This document shows positions 46,749-57,486 of a DNA stretch of 64,000 bases, piece by piece. The first letter of the stretch is position 1; every line of letters begins with the position of its first letter. The position numbers and the translations under genes were made by a program. Location of the stretch: assembly GCA_047495785.1 (NCBI GenBank), contig JBLDXI010000019.1, forward strand, positions 3,534,001 to 3,598,000. The letters are read 5' to 3'. The stretch is from Lepidodermella squamata. Lineage: Eukaryota; Animalia; Gastrotricha. The notes beneath the pieces are model-generated. The model made no database searches. It was given only the letters and a program-made list of their open reading frames with translations, and was not told the origin of the DNA.

Positions 46749-49700
46749 TTCAGAAAATTTACCTAAAATCACGAAAAATGTGAACAATCGTTTGCAATGG
46801 TAATATCGGCAACGGGCTGTGAAGAAAAAATAGGATATATCGTCACCATGAAGGAAATATGAAGTGTGATTATATTCCTTATTTTGACACGAGTTGCTCT
46901 TTCTGCTAAAAATGCGCTTTATTACCATCAAAAACGATGACTTATTTATCGAATATTAGACGTGACAAGTGACTTCGGTCCTACTTTTTATTCACAGGAG
47001 TTTGAAAAGGAAACAACTTACTTATAATCGTTATTGCTCAACGCCCAATTTTCATTTGTCTGAGAAGGTGGAGTAGAGGTTGAAATCATTTGTCAAGTTT
47101 CTTATGTGAGCAACGAAACATGGAAGTCGCGTCTATCGTCGCGTCTATCGTCGCGTCGCAATCGTCGCGTCGAATAATTAATTACCTGCACATTCGTCCG
47201 ATTCTCACTCTTTCACCAAAATCGTCAATCTAATTGTGAGTGGGTTTGCGGGCCGTAACTTCCATCGACTACGTTATAAAAATGAATCTCCCGTACTCTC
47301 GTGTACGGTTTAGACGAACCGTACACAGTCATTACGGCTGTCACTCCTGTACTCAGCATGTACGTTGCATTCGACTGTACTTGGGCGTACAGCTCAATGA
47401 GCTGTACGCCATGATACAGGAATGAAACGCTGTACATCTAATATACAGCCTGGTCAACTGTACTCAATCTACAGTCGAATGAGCTGTACTGACATTTACG
47501 GCCATCAAAACTGTACCAGTTTGTACAGAATAAATATACTGTACTCTTGTGTACACGAGTTTTTTTGCCTAAAGTGCTGGTTCTTCCGCGCCACGAACGA
47601 TATCGTCGTTAACATTGTTTTCAGCCGCTAAACCTTTTTTTCTCTTAGAAGTTTTCATATCGAAATTAACGATACTGTCATCTTGAGATTGGCTTTGCGA
47701 TGCCTCAAAATAGTTGTGGTCATCGCCAACCGATGATTCCACCTGCTTTTCAGATTGCTTTTGACATTGCAAACCAATCAAAGAACTTGCTCCGCCTTGC
47801 TTTCGCAATTACATGCACAATGACGCAATACAACCATATAAGATTTACTTACGCTTTCCATTACTATTTCGATTTGCCATAACAACCTTTTACCAGACAG
47901 CTGCCACTGTATCAGTAGGTAAAATGAAGCGGTAACGAAGCAACGATGCGAGCTAAAATCACCGCGGGGGATGACACAAAACACACGCGCACCACGTCAC
48001 GTGCCCCACCTGCGTCCTTAATAAATAAGTGTCAACTAAAGAATTCACTATTTTTAAAACCAAAACATAACTAAAACGCATTTCAATCAACTTTAATCCC
48101 TATTAGGCACCTCTAAATATTGTTAGCTGCATGTTTCGCCTAGAGAAATCAAGCAATTTTCGCACATCTCCCAGAACCCAAGATCTTGCAAAGGCATACA
48201 TCTTTACCGAACACTGCAAAACTCCTTCAAGACACCTGGCTAAACAGATTCAACGCGCCGAACTTACAACGACTTGACACAGATCCGTCGAGGCGCCTTG
48301 CTCACCATTTTTAACAAGGCGCCTGCAAAGACACTTGCTCAACATAGTCATTTTTCAGCTTTTTTGACCAATGATCCGCAAAGTCACCCTAGGTGACCCC
48401 GCGGCCTCCTGCTCCAGCAAAAAAACAAAGATCTTGCGTGATCACAAGAGGTCGTTCCAAAGACTTTCCTCATTTTTATTCTAGGGTACGGTATCTAAGG
48501 TTGCCATAGTAGGCAAGATGTAAAGTACGGATGATAATTTGTTTAATAACTCGGTAACCATGAGAAATTTCTTGGAGCGGGTATTTCTCCAGTCGATAGA
48601 TCTAGTATGTTGTAAACTTTCCTAAAATCCTCGTCAGATTGGGATAACATTCAGGATTACTCCACTTTTATCCAGTGTTTTACCGATTTCCTAACAGACC
48701 GATTATTTAGAGAAGAAATCAGCTGAGCTGTTAAACAGATTTCATTCCAACTTTGTTCTATTTGTTTCAATGAGGCGCCGGTTCAAGATTTGCTTTGCAC
48801 AAGAGGATCGCCACAGCCAAGTTTATCCTACCAATCTCCGCCGCAGCTCAACTACTGGGACACTTATTCAAACATCTTCGATAATGATATTTATTCGAAT
48901 GACCTCGCCTTGTCCGAATCATCTCGCAAAAATAGCAGCGTTACACTTATGCATCCTTATGGCAAAGTATGCATGTGGAGCAAAACTGTGAGTAATTTGC
49001 TACATTCCGTAACTTTGAGTTATCGAACGATTTGTTCAATAGAATTTCAACCTGGGCGATTTTTATGCCGAAATAGTGCTGACGCAATGGTACGGAGGCG
49101 TCTTAATTGTCGTTACCAACACCCCAGCTGTTGTAAGGCCAGATTCGAAGGGTAAATACAAATTGACCCCAGCAAATTTGTATGCATTTGAAACTTCCTC
49201 GAGTGCAGGTAATTATTGTGGAACTTTTTCCAACCCAAGAGACGCTGAATCTTTCGATTTAGGTCTTTATATTTACATACCATTTTCTGCCAAGCCGAAT
49301 GCTGCTACAGTCAACTTCAAAAGTCTCTCAAACGCAAATTGCTCGATAAGCGAATACATCAACTTCGAACCAGAATATTGCTTGTTTAACTGCAAGCTGT
49401 CTGATGCCTGTTTTAAACCGACACAGCTGTTCATAGAAACGTTTATGCGGAAGCCATTCACGCTAAAAATTCGAGTTCAAGGAAAGATGGTAACAGTCGA
49501 TATTTGTCGCGCCAGCTCGTCGTTTTGCTCTCGCATGTTTGAGACGTCCATTAACCAAAAAATTGATTTTTCCACTATGAACGCGACATTGGGTATAATC
49601 CCAGTTTTTTCTGAAGTCGAAATATCGTCAATCAGCGTAATGGACTGTGTTATTCCTTACACCGGAGCAGCGTCTATCGAGGCCTTGGCAACCATGACAG

Positions 49701-51690
49701 CTGATAAATTACCTGAAAGCGATAAAGGCCTGACAGCTTTCCTATCCCCAACTACAGGCCTGTCAACAACCGCTTGGCCATCGTGTTCTTCAACATGTGG
49801 AATCGGCCTGAAATGGCGATTGTCAAATGGCTCGAATGCGGAAAGCCAACAGTGCACAAACCCGATTCGATGCTCGGCTTCAACGGAAGAACAATCGCGG
49901 GGGGTCGACATGATTTTTTCGCCGGTTCCGACTTTGGACAGCTATTTCAAGGCTCGAAAAACGATCAAGGTCAACCTGGCTAAGAAAATCAGTGATTTAT
50001 GTGCGAAAAACTTCACGAAATGTTGCCCAGCTTACAATGCCGGGTCTCAAACTCCGAGTTTCAGCTATGCGGGTTCTGACGATTTGATAGACTCAAACTA
50101 CGCCAATACTTCGCTGACGGCAAGTGGCTGCTGTTTCAGAGTGACAATTCTTATCAGCAAAACTAATCCGACTAAGTTTTGCGAGGCTGGCGGAAAGCTG
50201 AAATCAGCCAGTCGGAAGAAGCGAGCGTCTTCCGATTCAACGTTGATAAGCCAGGCGGATCTCAGCTCGATAAACTCAGATCCTGATTTCACCAAGGCGT
50301 TGTCATATGAGTTGGGCTACTCAATCAACATGAAGAGTTGTCTACCAACCGAGGCGAGATGTTCTGGTGAAGATTCCCCGCCGGCTGTGTCTGTTTCTCA
50401 AGGTTCGAGTAGCAGCAGCTCTGATACAACGGGATTGAGCCAAACTACGATCATCATCATTGGATCGGTTGTTGGAGGGGTTGCTTTCGTTGGAATTTCG
50501 GTCGGGCTGATCGCTTATTTTTGTTGCGTTAAAAAGAAGGCAACAAGTCCAAACAAAGTATCACCACCTGCCAGTTATACCGGTGGTCGTCGAATGTCGA
50601 ATGCTGTCGGAGCGACTGACTGGTACTCTAACCCCAGCGCGAACGTTTACGCGCCCCAATCTTCTCCATCAGCCCTACCGATGCAATTCGCTGGGGAGAT
50701 GCCGATTCACTCGCAGAAGCCTTACAGCAATAATTACTAAACGATTTGTTCAAGCTGGGAGCAACTAAATTGAATCTCATAGTGACTGGCTCAGTGCCTT
50801 ACTTGACTGAAGCTTTTATGATCCGATTGCGGTTTGTTTTGTTTTCTCTATCGAAAGAGCGTCTTTTAAAAGCGGGTTGCAGGGTCTGATCTTGGATCCT
50901 ACAGCTGCCAGAGGTGAAAACATTTAGTATTTGCCAAAATGACTCGTGATTTCAATCGAAATTTTGATGATTTTCTACAAAAGCACGCTTCAAAAAAACC
51001 TCTAAAACCATTTTCGTTTTCCTGTCCTGATTAACCGAGCCCGGGGGAATGGAGGACGCCCCCCTTTTCCCTCAAACTCATAGAGAGCAAAATATTTACA
51101 AAACAAACTCATAGAGAGCAAAATATTAACAAAATCTTGAGAAATCAATAGCGTTAGCTAGGAAATAAGCGGGTGTTCTCTCTGATCACTTCGTTCTCTA
51201 TGCGAACTATGAAACTTGCTTATTCATCGATCAACTTTCTTGTTTAGGTTTCAGTAAAGCCTCTTCATGGCCAAAAATTCTGAGCTGTCAGAAGAGTTCA
51301 CAAATAAAAAATGAATATTAAGGGCTTTTTGGGATGAATGTCGATTTGAACATCTGACTACCTCTGAATGAAAAATAACGAAAGAATGACACCTGGAGCT
51401 TGTGAAGTATTTGCCCAGAATATATATCGACTCTGTGGGATCTTCTCGGCCCCAGTTTTCGCCCCACGATATCAACTTGCCGAGTCGTCAAGGCCGCTTG
51501 ATTGAAATTGCTGTCTTTTCGTGAATCAAATATCAATGAGTTACCGGAATTAGCGCACTTGGCTTTGCGCACACAGCAAAATGATGATGATTGCGCACAT
51601 AGCAAGTTGCGCACAACAATTCTCGAAGTGAGAGAATTCAGAGTTCAATATGCACAGCCAGGAAAAATCGGAAAATCGAAATATTATATA

Positions 51691-51781
51691 ATATACGGAA
51701 GCCATTCAGGTTATATGGGTTTATAATCGCCTTCAGGCTTATATTTCGTCCTTCGGCTGAACCTGAATGGCTTCCGTATAT
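51691..51781. mobile_element. 91-bp hairpin mini-MITE
   Basis: ATATACGGAAGCCATTCAGGTT ... AACCTGAATGGCTTCCGTATAT, perfect 22-bp arms. Confidence 0.75.
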
Positions 51782-51789
51782 GTGTGTTA

Positions 51790-52904
51790 TCCGGGTCGTA
51801 TCGTAAAATTTTCAGGGTTACTAGTATTGTATGGTACACTCTCGCTGAATTTCTATTGCTATAATTTGAAATTGAAAAATCCAACTTAAAAAAATCATGA
51901 AATTTGTTGCTTGCTCATTTCATTTTCGCATTCTTCATTTTGCGAGTTTTTGGTTTGTTTTTCACATCGAATTTCCCGCATTTCTCGCATGCTCAACAAA
52001 TTGCTGCTACTGAATCACAAAATTGGGCGTCGGACACTTAAGCAAATCCTAGATTGCTTTTCTCCTCTGTATCTGCTAAAAACTCGGAGAAACGTAGCTA
52101 GAAAGTGCGGGAAAAAGTGATCTTGTACGCCATTTATATAGGAAAATGCGAAAATAAAAAGTCCATCTTAATAAAAGTGTTTCTGTATTGTACAGGAATA
52201 CAGAAACACTATTTCTGTATCCTTTTTTAGCCTCAATCATAGGAGAAAAGATGGTTCTGCTCGGTTGGCTTCGGATGGCTGCCAATGCGACTTTGAAACG
52301 ACCCTTCGACTTTCGAACGAAAGGCTGCTATTTGCCATGGTGTCAGGAATCGCTCGATTTTCGAACCATGCCGTTCTGTATCTTCTTGCTTTCAATGGAT
52401 TCTGGGATCCAATGCTGCCTGAGCTGTCTTCGATTTCATCGAAAGCTGATTGTTGCTTGATCCCGGCGACATCCTGGACGAATTTTGCTCTTTTGTCGCG
52501 AATTTCCAGACGAATTCTGCTCAATTTTCGCGAAATTCTGGACGAGTTCTGCCCGATTTTGCGAATCTCTGGACGAGTTCTGCCCGATTTTCACGAGCTC
52601 ATGGCCAAGTGCTGTTCGATGGGGGTGAATGCTGCCCGATTTGATACCGGTCTCGCGCTTTTTCTTCCGGAGTTCTGCCCAATTTTCGCCCCATTTTTGT
52701 GATTTTCAATAAAATCTTTTTGCAGTGTTGCTTGAGGTTTTTTGGGTTTCTCTTGTGTGTTTGACAAGTGGGGTTTTTGGTGATATTTTCTGGACAAGCG
52801 GGCATTTTTTGATATAAAAATATCAAAAAATCCCTGCTTGGAAGAAGGTTTTATGAGTTTATAATTCGGCCATTAAGAAGGCATATTTTACGATACGATC
52901 CGGA
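51790..52904. mobile_element. TA-flanked non-autonomous DNA element with an internal ~32-bp minisatellite
   Basis: TA|TCCGGGTCGTATCGTAAAAT ... ATTTTACGATACGATCCGGA|TA. About 4 copies of CTGGACGAGTTCTGCCCGATTTT(C)GCGAA at 52474-52598. Confidence 0.75.
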
Positions 52905-52919
52905 TAATAGTTTCCTATC

Positions 52920-53160
52920 TGTTACGGTGTTGCCTAATGCTCTCACCGATTCTTCGAAGGGCCATTGTCGAGCAGATCAAGTCTCATCTGAAAATAACAC
53001 ACTTCTTTCGCCAGTCAGTTTGGATTCAGGCGATATCACCCATGCGCGAAACATGCCTGCTCAAAATTACGGGAGACTGGCGCATGGCACTGGACAAAGA
53101 TATGAAAGTCGCAGCCGTATCAATTGATTTGTCGAAAGAATTTGATGCGCTACACCCGAT
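52920..53160 (+). pseudogene. Degenerate CR1/L2-type reverse transcriptase fragment
   Basis: QFGFRRYH (frameshifted) followed by CLLKITGDWRMALDKDMKVAAVSIDLSKEFDALH. Confidence 0.8.
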
Positions 53161-53335
53161 GGGAGTCGAAGCTTCTTTGGCAAACGCTGGTTATTAAGTC
53201 AATCTGGGCAGTCCTCACGAAACGCTTTTAAAAACATTTTATTACGTTTAATTGGGAGACACTGAAGGCTATTACCCATTTCAACTGTTGCGCTTTATTC
53301 ATTTCATGTAAATCCTTTATCTTCAGTTTCACTTA

Positions 53336-55779
53336 GGGTGCGTTTCTTTATCTCCAACAGAGATGAAATTATTAACAAAACAAGCCATAAACAGGCCATT
53401 TCTTTATTTCTGTTGAAATTATTAGTTCAACCAGAAATTATTTCTTTATTCTGATTATTGTTGGAGCTACTATAATAATCAGCTAGCGTTTCATTCATTA
53501 TACATGTTTTTGCCCGAAATTTCCAACAACTCGCCGAGTCGTTTTTGGAGCGATTTTTTCCAAGTCGCACGCATCAACGACCCGCCCAACGAAGGCAGAA
53601 GAAGAAAAAACTCATTTTCCTGCCAATTTTTTCCAAGTTATGCCTGATGATTCATTATGCCAAGCAACAAATACGTACTATAAATTTATGGGCGTGCGAT
53701 ATTTCAGCAGGAAACAAAACCGCAGGCATTTTTTGATATGATGCGATTATGTGACAATTTGAGAACATTACGATTCCAAAATAGTGCGCAATCGTTATTC
53801 GGCGACATTTGCGCTGGCGACAGCCCAGCAAGGGACAGGGGACAGATCAGCCTTAATTGACAGTCGAAATGCTAGCTCAGTTTAAATACAAGGTCGGATT
53901 AGATTTATCAAATTCTGATGAAATTTCGGCTAAATTGCTTCATTGTCGCCAGCTGAAATGTCGTCAAATAAACCAAAATTTTTGCAAAAGAATAATTAAT
54001 TTTAGCGTGAAAAAAATGCGAGTAATGCGAGCGTGGCCGTCAGTAACGATTCGGATCATAGTGATCACATTATAATAAGTGAAGCTACATTGCTTATTTG
54101 TCAGCTGCTGAAATGTCGTCAAACATAGAATCTTTTGGATTGCGTGAAAGCTTGCTTCACCTTCGAGTCTGGAAAATGACATTTTTGTCTTGATTTGGCC
54201 GAGCGCTTCACATCGGGCTGATTTGACGCGGCTGAAATGTCGACACTTAATATCATAGCCTAAACGCGCTGATTTGCAATATTTCCTGCAGAGCTGGAAA
54301 ACTTGCAAAAATGACGCACCTGGTGCGTAGGAAATTTTCAGGAAAGTAGGAAATTTTTAAGGTAGGAAACGCTAAAAAATGATGGAAAAAGTGAAATTAT
54401 CAACAAGGAAATTGGGTTTTCTGTAGGAAAAAACGAAGTTTTCCACAGGAAAAAGTGTGCTCTTCCTACCGCATTAATAGCTTAATTTTCGCCTAAATTG
54501 CATCTAATTATTTAATTCAAAAGTGACTGATAAAATTTGAAATAAATTTGAATAAACACTTGAAGCCCCTTTTTATAACTTTTCGAGTATGACGAATTAC
54601 GTAAAATAAATTAGATATTTGGAATCAGCATGAAAAATTGAGGTAGACCTCCAATTTGCGCGCAATTAGCAGCCAAATTCACGAAGAAATCGACTATTAA
54701 AAATTGTAAATTTTAGTGCGCGCGCATGGTGTGTGCGCGTGTGCGCGCGCTCTGAGAAGCTAGCCTAGAATGTGCGCCGCCCCATCTATACAAGTGTGCG
54801 CTAAATTCGGTGGTGAAATATGCGCGCGCGTGTGCGCGGTGTGTGCGCGCTAAACTTCACTGGCTCATTACTTCCCCATTTATAACGATATTCATGCGCA
54901 AATTTACGGAATAGCCCAACTTTTCACGCTGATTCCGAATTTCTAATTTGCATCGAAAAATTCCTCAAAATAAAGGACTTATTAACAGCCGCATTGCAAG
55001 AGAAAAGCCGAACATTACTTCTTCTTAGCATTATTTGTTCGCGCATTGATCGCGCAATTATTCCAGTTTTTAGTTAACCGAATTACTGAAGCCCATATTT
55101 GTACTATAATTTCAACAAAGAAGACTAATTTGAAGTGAAGAAAAACGGGAGCAATTTTGAGCTGTTTTTATGGAGATTATAGAATTCTAAATTTGCAAGA
55201 AAATTCGAATAATTGCGCGTGCAAAAATTTAAAAGTGAAAAAGAAAGAAGACGGGATGACCAATAGAGATGAGCCGAAATAATAAATGGCGCGAGCGAGC
55301 GTAGCGAGCGAGCGCGTTTTGTAGGAAATTTCAAATTTTGTGCGTAGGAAGTTCTGCATGTTTTCCAGCTCTGATTTCCTGTTGATTTCCTATTTGAACA
55401 ATTGAAAAGTTAATCGATCGCAACATTATGACTCTCAATACCGACTGAAATTTCAGTTGGCCAGAGGCCAAATTATACAACCTGTCTAAATAGTACCGAT
55501 TCTATTGACTTCTCAGGTCGCCAGAGCAGTTGCACAGCCAACCATTTCTTTATTGATTTAATATAATAACAAAATCAGAGTGTTTCTTTTGAAAAACGAG
55601 ATTTTGTTAGTGCAAAAAATCGAATAAATAAATGCCTCTGATTATTGTTTTTGCTACTAACAAAATCAGGATAAAGAAATACGCACACTTGATTGTTTTT
55701 AACATAAATGGATAAAGAAATGGTCTCTGTTTTTTGCCTTGTTTTCAACAAAATCTGTTGAGAATAAAGAAACGCACCC
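53336..55779. mobile_element. PIF/Harbinger-type non-autonomous element
   Basis: TTA|GGGTGCGTTTCTTTAT ... ATAAAGAAACGCACCC|TTA (3-bp TSD). Confidence 0.85.
54289..55373. mobile_element. hAT-type MITE nested in the Harbinger element
   Basis: TIR CAGAGCTGGAAAAC / GTTTTCCAGCTCTG. 8-bp TSD ATTTCCTG (54281-88, 55374-81). GTAGGAA subterminal repeats. Confidence 0.9.
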
Positions 55780-55882
55780 TTACATTATCCTCCGTTAAGA
55801 TTCTACCTTTCAATGACTTCACTATGTGTATAAAGCTCTCGACAAATCTACTAGCGAAACCTCCTCTGCGGTACCTCCTCAC

Positions 55883-56663
55883 CTTAGCACATGTGTACTC
55901 GGTGGGTGCCGCTACCACTGCGCTTCAGTTGGAACTTTTGCAGCAACTTGCCATCAATGCAGGTCGGGCGATGGCTGATCAGGGAGGACGTTGTCATCTC
56001 AGGGAGTCTGTTCATCGGCGTAGTTAGTCGCATGGCTGGTTGTGGTGACCTTACCCTCGACCTAAAATCAAACACGTCAAAAGCATTGGCGATTCAATGT
56101 TTGAAATTCGCACCGAGCAGCAAGTTTAATTGTAGCTATTTCTACCCTGAGTCGTGTAGTCCCAATTCATGACAAATCTGCTCATGACCTCGTTAGCATT
56201 GCACTGGACATTTTGCCGGTCTAGGAAATTGCTGTCGCCATTGAAGGCGGCCGTCCACTGGGTAGTTACGTCGCGGCACGACGAAGGAATGGGGGCAGCG
56301 CAGCACGAGTACGTGTACTGGAGGCCGCCAGGCTTGGTCAATCCGAATGAAGTTGTATAACTGACGCTAGGACATTGGATGTGGAGAAAACTGAGAGCCA
56401 TGGTGGACCCGGAGTGGTATTGGGATTCAGGATGTCATTGGAGCACTTCTGGCCAGGGTGTGATCGTGGCACACGTGTATTCAAAGCGTATCTTACCATT
56501 GGGCATATCGCGTTGCATGTTGCATGTGCCATCTCTGCATCAGGTCACCGTCCGCACAGGTGAGATTGTGATGATCAAGGTAATAAGCATTGTTTTGATT
56601 ATTTCCATCAAGGTAGTATGCGGTTGCTAGCTCCTTGGTAGTAACAGTATATCTGCCTTCAAC
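55883..56663 (-). pseudogene. Pseudogene of a Cys-rich tandem-repeat (probably extracellular) protein
   Basis: Four ~60-aa units of the type LDxxNxxC...F/Wx(L/M)...YxYxC(C): YLDHHNLTC..MQRWHMQR..FEYTC; LHIQC..SFGL..YTYSCC; FLDRQNVQC..MSRFVM..YN*TCC; HRPTC..LQKFQL..EYTC. Multiple frameshifts, one premature TAA, intron ~56113-56062. Confidence 0.75.
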
Positions 56664-57486
56664 CTGCCATCAGACAGATAATAAGACATAATTATTCGCT
56701 AGAAGTTCTCGCGAGGGTTTGCTCGATGTTTTCCCGGTTCAAATGCGCTGATTCAAATTAGCTGTTTTAAAAAGCGCAAGGTCGTTTTCGCTGCAGAAAA
56801 CACGTGGTTTATAAATTGCCAACATTAATTTCGGTAATTTGTTATAATTTAATGTTAGGAAAAAATACAAATGGCGAACTGTAAAATAGGTATTAGAGAA
56901 AAAATTGCGAAGAAAGTTTGCGGCCAAATTGCGGTAAATTTCGGAACACTGGTTGGGATTCAGGGATTCGGATCAGCGGCAGGGATTATCACAGAGTTAT
57001 CAGGGATTATCACAGGGATTCGGAGAGTTATTTATAGTTGTCGATCTTGTCTAGCTACTCCAGCTGGTTTTGACCTCATTATTGACGATTTAATAATGGA
57101 TAAGTATGTATTTGACAAAACAATTCGCACATAAACTGTTGAAGATGCTACGAACCGATCCCAAGGTCAGAAGCAGCCAGAAGTGGCTCCAATGGAAGAA
57201 AATTGACTCGTCTTCGGAAGTTTCTGTGCGGTCCACCTGGTTTTTCTCTCTACTCCACTCCGCTCTCCACTCGCACGAACATGGTTTAGGCGAGTGGAGT
57301 GCTTTAGGTAAACTATTAGCTACCTGAGCGCGCTCTCAAGCTACCGATCTCAGGCTGGCTTCTGCATAATTAATACTTCAACGAAGGCATAATTAGCAGT
57401 GCATTAGACACCCCCGCTCTAGAACAAAAAATTTCTTTGTGATTCGCGAGCAAAATTTCTCATTGTTGAATGCGCGAAATACTGCA

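Larger units (their letters stand above)
42180..47599 (-). mobile_element. Sola1-type DNA transposon (5420 bp) nested in element B
   Basis: 30-bp TIR CGTTCGTG(T/G)CGCGGAAGAACCAGCACTTT. 4-bp TSD ATAT (42176-79, 47600-03), which fits the AWWT rule. TGTAC/GTACA-rich subterminal regions. Encodes a Sola1-like transposase. Confidence 0.9.
41941..47808 (-). pseudogene. Two-finger C2H2 zinc-finger ORF of element B, split by the Sola1 insertion
   Basis: Removing 42180-47603 joins ...AAENNVNDD to MLAEVFACTVCLKTFQCNIELQDHLLEH...FSCEKCGMVFAVRTAMQGHVSLRH in frame across the ATAT TSD. Confidence 0.85.
23024..48486 (-). mobile_element. Giant CMC/EnSpm(Mirage)-type transposon, element B (25463 bp, ~17 kb without the nested LTR and Sola elements)
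   Basis: Termini CCCTAGTAATAGAAAT / ATTTTTATTCTAGGG. 2-bp TSD TA (23022-23, 48487-88). AAGATCTT-like subterminal motifs. Encodes an EnSpm-like transposase. Confidence 0.88.
16557..48491. mobile_element. ~435-bp TA-flanked pogo/Tc1-type MITE whose right TIR is split by two large insertions
   Basis: Left end TA|CCGTAGTTACCGAAATA (16557). The right end rebuilds as TATTTCG (to 16981) + GTAACTA (23017-23023) + CGG|TA (48489-48493), the exact inverted copy. Confidence 0.9.
12177..50740 (+). pseudogene. Membrane glycoprotein paralog 3, four lectin-like domains, frameshifted, with a 32.3-kb TE-filled intron
   Basis: Exons 12177-12398, 12503-12648, 12697-13103, 13192-13408, 13463-13568, 13629-14212, 15827-15971, 16025-16473, 48775-48987, 49043-49208, 49263-50740, collinear with paralog 2. 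Exon 2 has a +1 frameshift (TAA at 12617). Exon 4 has a 7-bp tandem duplication TGTCGCG (13263-13276). Confidence 0.85.

Noticed and set aside
48470-48490. piggyBac assignment for the CCCTAG(AA) termini
   Set aside because: No TTAA TSD. The TSDs are 2 bp and the encoded transposase has EnSpm/CMC motifs.
49209-49262. Coding insertions suggested by the ORF track (also 13569-13628)
   Set aside because: These are in-frame, stop-free GT-AG introns at the conserved phase-1 position used by the paralogs.
48775-50740. Independent fifth gene
   Set aside because: It has no signal peptide or first exon and continues exactly where the 12177-16473 exons stop, so it is treated as the 3' half of paralog 3.
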